A stretch of DNA of 64,000 nt from an uncultured Gammaproteobacteria bacterium (GCA_964463925.1 CAYXDV010000004.1:13080-77079), one strand, 5' to 3'. Counted from the stretch's first letter, positions 38,733 to 50,019 are shown. Notes: generated by a model from the sequence alone, not told the origin. Numbers and translations: made by a program.

Positions 38733-39520
38733 AACCCAATAAAAAAATATTACTTTCAGTAGCCATTGCTACTTTTAATGAACAAGAATTCATCGGCAGA
38801 TGTCTCGATTCTGTCAAAAATTTGGCTGACGAAATAATTATTGTTGATGGCCAATCAACCGACAGGACAGTGTCTATTGTGGATAAATATCAAAACTCTA
38901 AAATAATTTCCACTAATAACAAGCCCATGTTTCACATTAACAAACAGCTTGCCTTGGATAATTGTTCTGGAAAATGGATATTGCAATTAGATGCCGACGA
39001 AGTCGTCTCACCTAGTCTGTCAAAAGAAATAAAATCAACAATACAACAAGATCATTCATATGATGGTTATTGGTTAAAAAGAGCTAACTACTTTCTTGGC
39101 AGGTTCTTAAAAAAGGGGGGGCAGTACCCAGATCCGACATTGCGACTATACAAAAATAAACTAGCCAGCTTTCCATGTAAAACTGTTCATGAACAAGTAA
39201 AACTAGAAGGAACAAGTGGATATCTAAACGCAGACCTTTTGCACTACGCGGATTATTCCTTTTCTCGTTACATCCTCAGACAAAATCGTTATACCACCGA
39301 GATGGCAACCCAACTTTTTGATCAAAAAAAGACTCCATCTTTTTTACTTTTCACAAAATATTTCTTTGTTTTTCCCACTTTCTGGTTTTTAAAAACATAT
39401 CTAAGACATAAAGGCTTTTTAGATGGCTTCCCAGGATTTGTTTTTAGTCTTTATTCAAGTCTTCGGTATCCAGCCGCCTATGTTAAGCTTTACGAACTTT
39501 ATAACCGTGAAAAAACATAA
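38729..39520 (+). CDS. GT2 glycosyltransferase (WaaE/KdtX-like subfamily)
   Basis: LSVAIATFNEQEFIGRCLDSV...DEIIIVDGQSTDRT...WILQLDADEVVSPSL. Confidence 0.75.
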   Translation: MKPNKKILLSVAIATFNEQEFIGRCLDSVKNLADEIIIVDGQSTDRTVSIVDKYQNSKIISTNNKPMFHINKQLALDNCSGKWILQLDADEVVSPSLSKEIKSTIQQDHSYDGYWLKRANYFLGRFLKKGGQYPDPTLRLYKNKLASFPCKTVHEQVKLEGTSGYLNADLLHYADYSFSRYILRQNRYTTEMATQLFDQKKTPSFLLFTKYFFVFPTFWFLKTYLRHKGFLDGFPGFVFSLYSSLRYPAAYVKLYELYNREKT

Positions 39521-40586
39521 AGTAGTTATAAACATAGCCGCTCTGCATACTCAAAGTTCAAATAGAGGTATTGGATTCTACACAAAAAGGCTAATAGATT
39601 CTTTACAAAAAGTTGTCAAAACTAACCCAACTTACAAGGATTTTCAAATAGATGTTTTCGATGGCAACGACCAGAAAATAATAAGCGATTGCAATCTGAT
39701 CCATTATCCTTATTTCGACATATTCCAAAAAACGCTAATTATAAATGACAAGCCAACTATTGTTACAGTGCACGATTTAATTCCACTTTCATTTCCAAAT
39801 CAGTATCCAGTCGGCATTCGCGGTCGAATCAATTGGATGCTGCAAAAAAAGGAGCTTACAAAAGCATCCTATATCATTACCGATTCAATTAGTTCCCGTT
39901 TTGAAATTACCAGGCATTTAAAGTTTCCGCAGGATCGTATTTTTAGTATATATCTAGCAGCTGATGGTGACTTTAAACCAATAGAAAAGAGAAAGGCCAG
40001 ACTACTAACAAAAAATCTAGGCTTGCCAGATAAATTTGTGCTATATGTTGGTGACGTAAATTGGAACAAAAATCTAGAAAGTCTGGCCAATGTTTGCATT
40101 TCTCTCAATTATCCGCTAATAGTCGTTGGCGCGGCAGCGGCAACTGCAATAGCACCCATTCACCCCTGGACCAAAAGTTTACAAAATTTTAAGCTACTGC
40201 AAGCAAAAAATGAAAATCTAGTCAAAACATTGGGCTATCTTCCAAATGATGTTTTAAATTCTCTCTACAATTTAGCAACTTTTTACTGCCAACCATCACG
40301 GGCCGAGGGTTTTGGTTTACCACTTGTTGAAGCTATGCAAGCTGGTTGCCCTGTGGTCTACTCACAGACTAGCAGTTTACCTGAAATCACAAACTATCTA
40401 GGCCTTTTTTTTGATCCTAATTCATTACAAGAAATGAAAAAGAGTTTTAAACAAATGTGGCATGATGACTCTTTACAAAAAAGGACAAGACAAGACGGTA
40501 TGCAAAGAGCAAAAATGTTTACTTGGGAATCTACCGCAATTCAGACCCTAGAAGTCTATCGATTAGCATTATTGGAAAATGCTTAA
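39480..40586 (+). CDS. GT4 (glycosyltransferase group 1) enzyme
   Basis: EGFGLPLVEAMQAGCPVVYSQTSSLPEI; start placed at the internal ATG (or GTG 39507) to limit overlap with the upstream gene. Confidence 0.8.
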   Translation: MLSFTNFITVKKHKVVINIAALHTQSSNRGIGFYTKRLIDSLQKVVKTNPTYKDFQIDVFDGNDQKIISDCNLIHYPYFDIFQKTLIINDKPTIVTVHDLIPLSFPNQYPVGIRGRINWMLQKKELTKASYIITDSISSRFEITRHLKFPQDRIFSIYLAADGDFKPIEKRKARLLTKNLGLPDKFVLYVGDVNWNKNLESLANVCISLNYPLIVVGAAAATAIAPIHPWTKSLQNFKLLQAKNENLVKTLGYLPNDVLNSLYNLATFYCQPSRAEGFGLPLVEAMQAGCPVVYSQTSSLPEITNYLGLFFDPNSLQEMKKSFKQMWHDDSLQKRTRQDGMQRAKMFTWESTAIQTLEVYRLALLENA

Positions 40587-41319
40587 CTCTAAACATTTTT
40601 TATCTGTTGTTGTTCCAGTATATAAACAAGAAAAAACAATAAAACAAGATCTGTTAAACATCATAAAAACACTAAATCAAATACGGTATGCCTACGAGGT
40701 GATTGTAGTTGTAGATGGTACTTCTATCGATCATTCTTACAATAAAGCTAAAACTTTAAAAAATAAAAACTTAAAAGTTTTTGGATACTCCAAAAATAAA
40801 GGCAAAGGATATGCTGTTCGATTTGGCATGAGAAAAAGTCGTGGAGACTATGTTGCCTTTTTAGATTCAGGTATGGAAATAGATCCAAATGGAGTTTCTA
40901 TGCTGATTGAGCACTTAGAATGGTACAGGGCAGACATTGTTGTTGCAAGTAAACGACATCCAGCATCACAAGTTTCTTATCCACCCACTCGTCGTTTAAT
41001 AAGTTTTGGAGCTCAAATTTTTGCTAGAGTATTTTTGGGCCTAAAAGTTCGCGATACCCAAGCAGGTCTTAAGATCTTCAAAAGACAAGTACTTGAAAAG
41101 GTTTTGCCTAAACTATTGGTCAAACGCTATGCTTTTGATTTAGAAATGCTTGCAGTAGCTTCACATCTTGGATATTCCAGGATTTACGAGTCACCAATCC
41201 GTTTAAAATACAACTTCCAGGATCTCACCCATGCTTCAGATTTAATCACTATCTACAATTCTCTGATAGATGCTATGGCAGTGGTATATCGTTTAAGAAT
41301 AAAAAAATTCTATGACTAA
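40579..41319 (+). CDS. GT2 glycosyltransferase (DPM1-like)
   Basis: LSVVVPVYKQEKTIKQDL...VIVVVDGTSIDHS...FLDSGMEIDP. Confidence 0.8.
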   Translation: MLNSKHFLSVVVPVYKQEKTIKQDLLNIIKTLNQIRYAYEVIVVVDGTSIDHSYNKAKTLKNKNLKVFGYSKNKGKGYAVRFGMRKSRGDYVAFLDSGMEIDPNGVSMLIEHLEWYRADIVVASKRHPASQVSYPPTRRLISFGAQIFARVFLGLKVRDTQAGLKIFKRQVLEKVLPKLLVKRYAFDLEMLAVASHLGYSRIYESPIRLKYNFQDLTHASDLITIYNSLIDAMAVVYRLRIKKFYD

Positions 41320-42271
41320 AATTCTCTTTTTTTCGGTAATCATACCTGTGAGAAAAGAAACAACGTATTTGAAACAGAATTTAGCTATTTTAAAAAAAAT
41401 ACCCAACCTTGAAGTCATCGTGGTTACCGATAAATTAAGCCATTCTCCAAATCCTGCATTTAAAAGAAATCTAGGAGCCAAAAAGGCAAAAGGGGATATC
41501 CTAGTATTTTTAGATGACGATTCATATCCAACAAAATCATACTTCGTCAAAGCTGCTAAGATATTCTCAAACCAAGAAATTCAAGCCGCCTGTGGTCCAC
41601 AGCTGACACCGCCAGATGACAATGCAGAACAACAAGCTTCGGGACTCATTCTGGCTTCCATTTTAGGAAGTGGCGGCGCGGGAACCTATCGCAACACCGT
41701 ATCATCTGCACGTTTTTTAGATGATTATCCATCTGTAAATCTGCTTGTTAGAAAAAAAACATTTTGGAAAGTTAATGGATTTGACACTTCCCATTGGCCA
41801 GGTGAAGATACTCTCTTTTGCCGACAGTTAAACCTTGTTGCAAATACAAAATTATTTTATTCACCAGAACTAGTTGTTTATCACCATCGTCGACCCATTG
41901 GAATCTCATTCTTAAAACAACATAGTCGTTATGGACAACATCGAGGTTATTTTGCAAAAAAATATCCAGAAAATAGTGCAAAGATTGGTTATTTTATACC
42001 AACACTTTTTACATTTTATCTCGTATCTTTAATATTTTTTCACCCAAGTTTTTATTTTCTTCCTGCCCTTCTCTATATTACTTTGTTAATTGCTCAGTTC
42101 TTGAACTTTATCTACTTGAAAAACTCTGTAAAAATCAGTCTGTTGGCAATTATGTTTATTCCTCTAACACATATTGTTTATGGGTTCTTTTTTGTTTTCG
42201 GACTATTGAAATCAGATCTAAAGTTTCAGCCACACCAAACAAAGCCAAATGGAAACTATTTAGGTGGCTAA
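41312..42271 (+). CDS. GT2 glycosyltransferase with a C-terminal 4-TM domain
   Basis: FSVIIPVRKE...FLDDDSYP...; C-terminal hydrophobic block. Confidence 0.75.
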   Translation: MTKILFFSVIIPVRKETTYLKQNLAILKKIPNLEVIVVTDKLSHSPNPAFKRNLGAKKAKGDILVFLDDDSYPTKSYFVKAAKIFSNQEIQAACGPQLTPPDDNAEQQASGLILASILGSGGAGTYRNTVSSARFLDDYPSVNLLVRKKTFWKVNGFDTSHWPGEDTLFCRQLNLVANTKLFYSPELVVYHHRRPIGISFLKQHSRYGQHRGYFAKKYPENSAKIGYFIPTLFTFYLVSLIFFHPSFYFLPALLYITLLIAQFLNFIYLKNSVKISLLAIMFIPLTHIVYGFFFVFGLLKSDLKFQPHQTKPNGNYLGG

Positions 42272-42289
42272 GTTTGCTACACTTATCTA

Positions 42290-43795
42290 ATGACTAAAGG
42301 TAAAAAACTATCAATTAGTATTAGCTACCCACCTCTAGAAACCAACAAAGGTACTGCATTTTTGTCACAAAACAGACAGTTCCAATGGACAAATACAGGC
42401 AATGTAATATACCCAGTTATCCCAGCTTATGCTGCTTCTCTCTTAAAAGAAAACGGATATCATGTCTTTTGGGATGACGCCATTGCAGAAAAATTAACCA
42501 AAGACCAATGGCTTCAGCGTTTATTAGACAACAAACCAGACGTTATTGCAATTGAATCTAAAACACCTACGATCAAGGGGTATTGGCGGCTTATTGATGA
42601 AATAAGACAATATCAAACAAAATCTTGGCAGCCAACAATCATATTGTATGGAGATCATTTAACTGCCCTACCAGAAGAGTCCCTAAACAATAGTTCAGTT
42701 GATATTGTCTTAACTGGTGGAGACTATGACTTTATGTTGTTAAACCTTTGCAATCATTTATCAACCGGCTCGGATTTAGAGCCTGGCTTTTACTACAAGG
42801 ATGACAGCGGAAAAATAAAAAATACTGGACCATATGCCCTAAAACATCACAATTTAGATTCTTTACCTTTTATTGATAGAGATCTTACTCGCTGGGAGCT
42901 TTATGCTTATCACAATGGTAACTACAAATACACTCCTGCCACATATCTGATGACTGGACGTGATTGCTGGTGGGGTAAATGTACCTTTTGTTCTTGGACC
43001 ACCATCTTTCCCGGTAAAGGATATCGTTTTTTTAGCCCCAAAAGAACCCTATCTGAGGTAAAGCATCTAGTAGAAAATTATGGGATCAGAGAGATCTTTG
43101 ATGATGCTGGAACTCTTACACCAGGCGCCTGGATACACGAATTCACAGCAGGATTAATAACTTCAGGCTTGCATAAAAAAGTAAGATATGGAGCCAATAT
43201 GCGCTTTAATGCTGTTGGGGAAAAAGAATATGCAGCTATGGGCCGGGCAAATTTCCGCTTCATGCTTTATGGACTAGAATCTAGTAATCAAAAAACCCTG
43301 GATATGCTCGAAAAGGGCACAAAAACAGAAGATGCCAGAAAATCCTTGTCTTTGGCCAAAAAGTACGGAATGGAACCACATTTGACAATTATGATCGGCT
43401 ATCCTTGGGAAACCAGACAAGATGCCCTAAATACTTTAGAAGAAGCAAGGCGCTTGTTTCGCGATTGTCTTGCAGATTCCATGCAGGCCACTATCGTGAT
43501 CCCTTATCCTGGAACACCTCTCTTCAAACAATGCCAAGAAAACGGATGGCTTTTAACAACCGACTGGGATGACTATGATATGCGTCAAGCTATCATGAAA
43601 TGCCCAATGGATACTCAAGAATTGAATATCTTGGTTCAAAGCCTATTTAAAGGTGTGCTTACTCCTAACTTTTTATTTAAAAAAATTGCTTCTATTCGCA
43701 ACCCAGATGATGTAAAGCACCTAGCAAGTTATGCTTACAAATTCGTAAAAAAACTTTCAGATTTCCCAGTTGGACATGTTAATCCAAGTCGCTAA
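42290..43795 (+). CDS. B12-binding-domain radical SAM enzyme
   Basis: N-terminal Rossmann-like B12-binding region (DVIAIESKTP); radical SAM cluster cysteines GRDCWWGKCTFCSW, a non-canonical Cx4Cx2C spacing; about 500 aa, typical of class B radical SAM enzymes. Confidence 0.75.
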   Translation: MTKGKKLSISISYPPLETNKGTAFLSQNRQFQWTNTGNVIYPVIPAYAASLLKENGYHVFWDDAIAEKLTKDQWLQRLLDNKPDVIAIESKTPTIKGYWRLIDEIRQYQTKSWQPTIILYGDHLTALPEESLNNSSVDIVLTGGDYDFMLLNLCNHLSTGSDLEPGFYYKDDSGKIKNTGPYALKHHNLDSLPFIDRDLTRWELYAYHNGNYKYTPATYLMTGRDCWWGKCTFCSWTTIFPGKGYRFFSPKRTLSEVKHLVENYGIREIFDDAGTLTPGAWIHEFTAGLITSGLHKKVRYGANMRFNAVGEKEYAAMGRANFRFMLYGLESSNQKTLDMLEKGTKTEDARKSLSLAKKYGMEPHLTIMIGYPWETRQDALNTLEEARRLFRDCLADSMQATIVIPYPGTPLFKQCQENGWLLTTDWDDYDMRQAIMKCPMDTQELNILVQSLFKGVLTPNFLFKKIASIRNPDDVKHLASYAYKFVKKLSDFPVGHVNPSR

Positions 43796-44777
43796 AAAAC
43801 TACCACTTGTATCTGTTGTTATTGCCACCAGAAATTCTGACAAAACTTTATATGATTGTTTATCTAGTCTCAAAAAACAATCATATACAAATTACGAATT
43901 ACTCATACTAGACGCAAACTCTATTGATTCAACCCTGAAAATCGCTAAAAGTTTTGACGGAAAGATATATACAAACCCTCTGAAAACTGCTGAGGCTGGG
44001 AAGGCTCTTGGTCTTAAAAAAGCCAAAGGGGAATACATATTATTGCTAGATTCAGACAACATGCTGACTAGCCAAAATTATTTAGAAGACTCAATCAACT
44101 TGCTTTTAGCTAACAATAAGATTGTTGGCGTAGAACCATGGGCCTTCACTTATAGGAACAAATCTGGATACATTGAACGCTATTGCGCACTTATTGGGGC
44201 CAATGATCCCTATGCCTGGTTTACTAAACATTTAGACAAAATAAATTACCTAGACCACTCTTGGCCACATCCAGAATTGGTTATTAAAGACAAAAAAAAT
44301 TTTTTATTACTAAAACTAACTCATAAAAAAACTATTCCTACTATTGGCGCCAATGGAACAATATTTAAAACTGATTTTCTTAATAAATATCAACAAGGAG
44401 ACTATCTTTTTGATATTGATATTTTAAACAGGGCGATACAAAATCATTCTGTTGTTTTTGCCAAAATAAAACAGGGGATAATCCATACTTATTGCGAGTC
44501 ATCATTGACTAAGTTTATTAAAAAACAGTCACGGAGAATTAGTGACTTTTATATCTATCAACCTCTAAGAAAAACCAATTGGGAGACTAGCCCTAGCTCT
44601 AGCAATAATTTACTATTTCTACTTTATAGCTTTACTCTTGCTGGACCACTTTTAACCGCTCTAAAAGGTTATTTGAATAAACCAGATTTTGCCTGGTTTT
44701 TTCACCCGATAGCCTGTATTGTAACCTCCACAATTTATATTTATTTTTCACTAAAACATGAGATTTTTAAAAGTTAG
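43770..44777 (+). CDS. GT2 glycosyltransferase
   Basis: LVSVVIATRNSDKTLYDCLSSLKKQSY...LLILDANSIDST...LLDSDNML. Confidence 0.75.
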   Translation: MDMLIQVAKKLPLVSVVIATRNSDKTLYDCLSSLKKQSYTNYELLILDANSIDSTLKIAKSFDGKIYTNPLKTAEAGKALGLKKAKGEYILLLDSDNMLTSQNYLEDSINLLLANNKIVGVEPWAFTYRNKSGYIERYCALIGANDPYAWFTKHLDKINYLDHSWPHPELVIKDKKNFLLLKLTHKKTIPTIGANGTIFKTDFLNKYQQGDYLFDIDILNRAIQNHSVVFAKIKQGIIHTYCESSLTKFIKKQSRRISDFYIYQPLRKTNWETSPSSSNNLLFLLYSFTLAGPLLTALKGYLNKPDFAWFFHPIACIVTSTIYIYFSLKHEIFKS

Positions 44778-45756
44778 TATTTTGCTCCCAATTTACAACG
44801 GTGCCAAATATTTGCCAAAAACCATAGAAAATATATTGAGCCAAGACTTTTACGAATTAATCATTCAAGATGATTGTTCTACTGACAATAGTTTAGAAAT
44901 TGTTAAATCCTACAATGATCCGCGTGTCAAAATTTTTACTAATTTTCATAATCTAGGCTACCCCAAAAATCTAGAAAAGGCCCGTCTAAATGCAAGGGGA
45001 GACTTATTATTTTTAATGGGACAAGATGATTTGCTAAAAATAGGGACAATAAAAAAAATCCAAAAAATTTTTTCTGGTAATCCAAACATTGGAGCTCTCA
45101 CTCGATCATATTATTGGTTCGAAAATGATCCGAATTCTCCCAATCGGGCTAAGCCAAATTTAAAACAAGACCAAATAGTTTCTCTTTCCAGCAGTTATAC
45201 CAAACTCCAAGTTGTGATCGATTCATTAGATCAACTTTCAGGCCTAACTTTTCGCACAAAAAGCTTTCCCGGCAAATTCCATGAAGATGTTTTTCCTTGC
45301 CATATTTATCCCTTCCTAAAAATTCTAACCAAGCAACCAGTTTACTTTTTAGCCGATTACTGTGTTGCCGTAAGAACTGAAAGTAGTCAAACTCGCTCTC
45401 ATCCAGAAATCTACAAGAAGTCCCCCTTGCTAAGCTGGGTAGAAATGATTCAACAAACCTTTTTTAAAACCCCAAATCTTTCCGCAAAAATCATCAAAAA
45501 TTTTGTCGCCAAAAATTATTTTGGTCTTTTTCAAATAAAAAATTATGGTACCTATTGGCAATTTTTAAGAGAAAGCTTTTATCTAATAAAATATAGAATA
45601 AAAAATATTTTTTCTCCAACCTTTTGGCTAATTTTTCTATTTCTCTTATTTACTCCAAAAAAAGTGAGTATATTTTCTGTCTACTTTTACAAAAACAAAT
45701 TCCTAAAATCAAGATTAAGTTCTATAATACCAATCACTTATGTCACTGCTAGCTAA
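44758..45756 (+). CDS. GT2 glycosyltransferase
   Basis: [26 protein letters not shown]...[12 protein letters not shown]. Confidence 0.7.
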   Translation: MRFLKVSILLPIYNGAKYLPKTIENILSQDFYELIIQDDCSTDNSLEIVKSYNDPRVKIFTNFHNLGYPKNLEKARLNARGDLLFLMGQDDLLKIGTIKKIQKIFSGNPNIGALTRSYYWFENDPNSPNRAKPNLKQDQIVSLSSSYTKLQVVIDSLDQLSGLTFRTKSFPGKFHEDVFPCHIYPFLKILTKQPVYFLADYCVAVRTESSQTRSHPEIYKKSPLLSWVEMIQQTFFKTPNLSAKIIKNFVAKNYFGLFQIKNYGTYWQFLRESFYLIKYRIKNIFSPTFWLIFLFLLFTPKKVSIFSVYFYKNKFLKSRLSSIIPITYVTAS

Positions 45757-46276
45757 ATTCATTTTGTTTTTAGCAAACATCCCGGCTAGAATTAAAGGCC
45801 TAAAATTTTCTAAGAATAGTTATTTAGTCCCTCCTTACGATTTCTATCAAAATAATTTATCTGATGTTTCAATAGGCCGGAATGTTTTGATAGGCAAAAA
45901 TTCTTGGCTTGACTGCCTACATAATGGAAAAATTTGTATTGGCGATAATACGGCAATTGGCCGAAATGTAGTTATCTCAAGCAATAATTCAATTAAAATA
46001 GGGGCAAACTGTTTGTTTTCCTACAATGTTTCCATAATTGATCATGATCATATACTTAATTCCAGTAGCAATTCACCTATAAACAGCGGAATAACCAAAG
46101 GTTTACCCATATCTATTGGGGATAACACCTTTTTAGGTGCACACAGTTTTATCTTCAAAGGTGTTACGCTGGGAAAACATGTTGTTGTTGGTGCCAACTC
46201 AGTGGTCACAAACAACTTTCCAAGTTACAGTGTAATTGCAGGAAATCCAGCTAGATTAATCCGAAAAAACAAATGA
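45740..46276 (+). CDS. Hexapeptide-repeat (left-handed beta-helix) sugar O-acetyltransferase, WbbJ/Mac-like
   Basis: Tandem hexapeptide repeats [13 protein letters not shown] / [13 protein letters not shown] / [13 protein letters not shown], then DHDH. Confidence 0.8.
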   Translation: MSLLAKFILFLANIPARIKGLKFSKNSYLVPPYDFYQNNLSDVSIGRNVLIGKNSWLDCLHNGKICIGDNTAIGRNVVISSNNSIKIGANCLFSYNVSIIDHDHILNSSSNSPINSGITKGLPISIGDNTFLGAHSFIFKGVTLGKHVVVGANSVVTNNFPSYSVIAGNPARLIRKNK

Positions 46277-47439
46277 AGTCTAAAAAACCAAATGTCTTTA
46301 TATATGGTTTTTTACCAAATTACCCAAAATATGTGTTAAGTGGCAGCGACAGTCGTTTTTTAAACATATTTAGCCGCCTACATACAAAGTTGAATCTGCA
46401 TTTTTTAGGAACCAAAAACTTCAAGTCCAGATTAGACAATTTCTTCAATGTCAAAAACTATACTTTTATTAAAATATCTTGCCCCTTTACTTATACGAAT
46501 CAAATAGACTTCAGTTTCTATAGTTTTTTATTGTTTGTTTTTTCAATACCAAAATTGATTTTCTACAAATATCCAATTAATAGTTATCATTACGCCACTT
46601 CTGACCTGCCTTGGGATACACTTCCTTGTTTATTTGCAAAAAAATTTCATAAAAAACAGCTATGGATTCAGTGTATTCATCATTTATATCCACATTGGTC
46701 AACCAGAGAAGGCAATAAATTAATCAGTTTTTGCGGTTACCATATTCAGCAGCTTTCACTTTTTTTAGCAAAACATAATGCCGACGGTGTTATTGTTGTA
46801 AACCCAAATCTGAAAAATTCACTTGAAAAAATCGGTTTTAGATCAAATGTTATTTTTGTAAACCAAAACGGAATTTGCACACCACCAAAAACTCCGAAAA
46901 AACACAACAAAGATCAGGTGATTTATCTGGGTCGCCTCTCAAAATCAAAAGGCATAGATCAATTACTTGAGTCATGGAGCTACGTTACCAGGCAAATTCC
47001 AAGATCACTTTTATATTTAGTTGGTCACTATCTCAATTCCGACTTTGAAAAATACCAGCAAAAAATAAAAAAGCTAAACATAGACAAAAAAGTAGTTTTC
47101 ACAGGTTATGTCTCAGAGTCACAAAAGCACAGACTGTTGTCCCAAAGTAGTTTGTTTGTATCTTTGTCAAACGAAGAAGGGTTTGGGATTACAATTTTAG
47201 AAGCGATATCGCATCACCTTCCGATAATTTTAAAGCCGCTAAATAACTATTATCCAATATACGGAAAATGTCCTATATATACAAAAAAAGAAGACGGCGC
47301 TCAGGAGATTGCTAACAAAATAATTGATACTCTTAAAAATCCCAAAATAAACAAGCAAGAATATCAAAATCTCTTAAACAAATACTCGTGGCAATCAATA
47401 TCTGGCAATGAATTTAAAATATTAAAGAATATAAAATGA
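46273..47439 (+). CDS. GT4 (glycosyltransferase group 1) enzyme
   Basis: C-terminal [23 protein letters not shown] motif. Confidence 0.7.
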   Translation: MKSKKPNVFIYGFLPNYPKYVLSGSDSRFLNIFSRLHTKLNLHFLGTKNFKSRLDNFFNVKNYTFIKISCPFTYTNQIDFSFYSFLLFVFSIPKLIFYKYPINSYHYATSDLPWDTLPCLFAKKFHKKQLWIQCIHHLYPHWSTREGNKLISFCGYHIQQLSLFLAKHNADGVIVVNPNLKNSLEKIGFRSNVIFVNQNGICTPPKTPKKHNKDQVIYLGRLSKSKGIDQLLESWSYVTRQIPRSLLYLVGHYLNSDFEKYQQKIKKLNIDKKVVFTGYVSESQKHRLLSQSSLFVSLSNEEGFGITILEAISHHLPIILKPLNNYYPIYGKCPIYTKKEDGAQEIANKIIDTLKNPKINKQEYQNLLNKYSWQSISGNEFKILKNIK

Positions 47440-48236
47440 AAACAGTTCCAGCAAACATTTACAATCACAAATATTTTAAACGATACATTGACCAGAGTAT
47501 TACCGACCCAAAATATATATCCAAAAAAAACCAAGAAATATTAAATTATTTGATATTAAACCCAGCTAAAAAAATTGTCGACTTTGGTTGTGGAGCCGGA
47601 GTTTTATCTATATTAATGGCTAAATCTTTTAACTCAAAAATAATCGGACTTGATTATTCTATGTCGGCTATAAAAATTTGCAAAGAAAACTTAAAGAAGG
47701 CATCCAAAGAAAAACTAAAAAACATACCCATTTTCACACTTGCAACTATTAGCCAAGTCCCCAAACAAAAAAACATTGACCTTATTATCCTAGCTGATGT
47801 AATCGAACATCTAACTGATAAAGAAATCGTCAAAATTTTTACGATTTTTAAAAGCTGGGGTAAAGAATGCAAAATACTAATACATACTGATAATAATTTT
47901 TATCTAAAAACTATTGGCAGATTATTGTACTATTTGAATTTCATAATTTATCCAGCATCTCGTAAAAAATTACTACAACAGAAACATGAAGATGAGATTA
48001 TGCATATCAATCTAACCACCCCAAAAGAACTCAGACAAAAATTATACAGTCTTGGTTATGAACAAAATGAGCTATTCTTCCCAAAAGTTACCAAAAATGC
48101 CATCAAGATCCAGTTAGGGATCTTTTCTAAAGTCCCATTTCTAGTCAATTTTTGCCTCTTCCTACTTAAAAAAATGACTTTAAAGAATTTTTTTTATCCA
48201 AGTTTCTACGCAGTATATTCCCTTCCTAAGTCGTAG
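47436..48236 (+). CDS. Class I SAM-dependent methyltransferase
   Basis: Motif I KIVDFGCGAGVLS; post-I acidic LDYS; motif II/III LILADVIEHL. Confidence 0.7.
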   Translation: MKTVPANIYNHKYFKRYIDQSITDPKYISKKNQEILNYLILNPAKKIVDFGCGAGVLSILMAKSFNSKIIGLDYSMSAIKICKENLKKASKEKLKNIPIFTLATISQVPKQKNIDLIILADVIEHLTDKEIVKIFTIFKSWGKECKILIHTDNNFYLKTIGRLLYYLNFIIYPASRKKLLQQKHEDEIMHINLTTPKELRQKLYSLGYEQNELFFPKVTKNAIKIQLGIFSKVPFLVNFCLFLLKKMTLKNFFYPSFYAVYSLPKS

Positions 48237-50019
48237 AACTCAATTGTATTCTTGCTTGGTTAAAGTTGGGATCAATTTGCAATGCTTTCGTAAATGCCTT
48301 CTTTGCCTCTTCACTCTTTCCTATCTGTTTATACAAAACACCAAAAATATAATGGACTAGGGGATTATTTGGTTGATATTTCAAAAGAGTATTGCCATAA
48401 GAAAAAGCCTCCTCTACTTTGTTTTCTGACATAGCAACTTGAATAAGTGCAACATAACTTTGATACAAGCCTGGATTATATTTTAAGGCAGTCAGATAAC
48501 TATCTCGTGCCAAGTCCAATCTGTTTATCTTAAAAAAGATGTTGGCTCGATTATGATAAGCATCTGCATAATCATTTTTTACAACAGTAGATTGGGTAAA
48601 GCCTTTAACTGCATTTTCATACTGTTTTAATTTATCGTAATCATCTCCAATATTATTCCAGGCATTATGAGAATTCGGAGAAACCTGACAAGTATTAACC
48701 CACAGATTATGATTAGTCTGCCAATTAATATTTCGCAAAAAAATTCTGTAACCAAAAAAAGATATCAGAATAGCTGTTAGCAACCACTTAAATAAATTTA
48801 GCTTTTCAGAAAAATTTTCAAGCATCAGGGCTAAAACAATAGCGATACCCAATCCTCCTAAAAACATATATCTCTCGGCCACCATCCAGCTAACTTTTAA
48901 CGGGGTCATTGATCCGGCAGAAACAATAAAAACAAAGGCCATTGCAAAAGCCAAATTTATATTACCCCTTAGATAAAAGTAAAAGGTTGTCAAAACATAC
49001 AAAACTAAAACTAACCAATTTAGCCAATTCGGAATAACCTGAAGCATTGTGTGATATAAAGTCAAGTCAATAGGGAAAAGAATGAGTTGTAAATATTTTG
49101 TAACAGACGTTGGATATTGAAACCATGGTTCATAAAATTTATCCCAGACACCACCACCGCTAGCGGCAACAACACTCAATCTTGTCATAATCATCGGCAA
49201 AAATATCAATACGCCAACTGCCAACACAGAAAGAATTGTAGTAACCACCTTTATCAGTTCACTTTTACTTTTAGCACCAAAACAAAGCCAGTATAGTAGA
49301 AAAAGTAGCAGTACAACTAAACCTCTCGGACCAAAACAAAAACATGCAAAAACCACCGAAGCCACAAGAATAGTCATATTAACAAGATTTCTTTTTTTAA
49401 ACCATTTTAAAAATGCCAAAAAACTAGCCAAAAAGGATATTGCCCCTAGCAAATATGGTTTACCCGAAATCCAAGTAACAGCTTCTACATTAATCGGCAA
49501 GAAAGCAAAAATTAGGGTTGCCGTAAAAGCTAGCTTTTCGTTGTAAATTTTAGTAACTACAATAAACGCCAAAAGTAAAACCAACTCAAACAAAAACAGA
49601 TTAGTCAGATGGAAAGGGATAGGGTTATTTTTTCCAAAAACTGCAGCAACAAAAAAATTCACCACAGCTGAACCAGTGAAAGTAACTCCGGGATCTGAAA
49701 AATAAGCAGTCGAAAGTATTGTTTGACTGTTTATGATAGTAGCATAGTCGTCAGACACAAAATCAGCTTTAATCCCATTAAAATATACAATAAGCGACAA
49801 AGCACAAATTAATAACAGCTGCTTCCAGTTGCCAGATATCACTTTGGCTATTGAGTCATTTTTTGGAAAAGTCGAATCAATAGGCTCAAAAACAGATTTA
49901 AACTTTGCCGCACGTCTTTCTTTTTTACTCAAACCCATGTAGCTAGTATAATCAAAACAATGCTGCTTATCATCAACGAAATAAAACTTCTGTTTAAATA
50001 TCACGAATTGCTCCTGCAA
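48226..50019 (-). CDS. TMTC-like membrane protein: N-terminal polytopic PMT_2/DUF1736-type domain plus C-terminal TPR repeats (true start possibly 49938)
   Basis: About 10 TM helices, followed by WNNIGDDYDKLKQYENAVKGF...AYHNRANIFFKINRLDLARDSYLTALKYNP...YIFGVLYKQIGKSEEAKKAFTKALQIDP, which are TPR units. Confidence 0.7.
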   Translation of the reverse strand: MQEQFVIFKQKFYFVDDKQHCFDYTSYMGLSKKERRAAKFKSVFEPIDSTFPKNDSIAKVISGNWKQLLLICALSLIVYFNGIKADFVSDDYATIINSQTILSTAYFSDPGVTFTGSAVVNFFVAAVFGKNNPIPFHLTNLFLFELVLLLAFIVVTKIYNEKLAFTATLIFAFLPINVEAVTWISGKPYLLGAISFLASFLAFLKWFKKRNLVNMTILVASVVFACFCFGPRGLVVLLLFLLYWLCFGAKSKSELIKVVTTILSVLAVGVLIFLPMIMTRLSVVAASGGGVWDKFYEPWFQYPTSVTKYLQLILFPIDLTLYHTMLQVIPNWLNWLVLVLYVLTTFYFYLRGNINLAFAMAFVFIVSAGSMTPLKVSWMVAERYMFLGGLGIAIVLALMLENFSEKLNLFKWLLTAILISFFGYRIFLRNINWQTNHNLWVNTCQVSPNSHNAWNNIGDDYDKLKQYENAVKGFTQSTVVKNDYADAYHNRANIFFKINRLDLARDSYLTALKYNPGLYQSYVALIQVAMSENKVEEAFSYGNTLLKYQPNNPLVHYIFGVLYKQIGKSEEAKKAFTKALQIDPNFNQARIQLSSTT

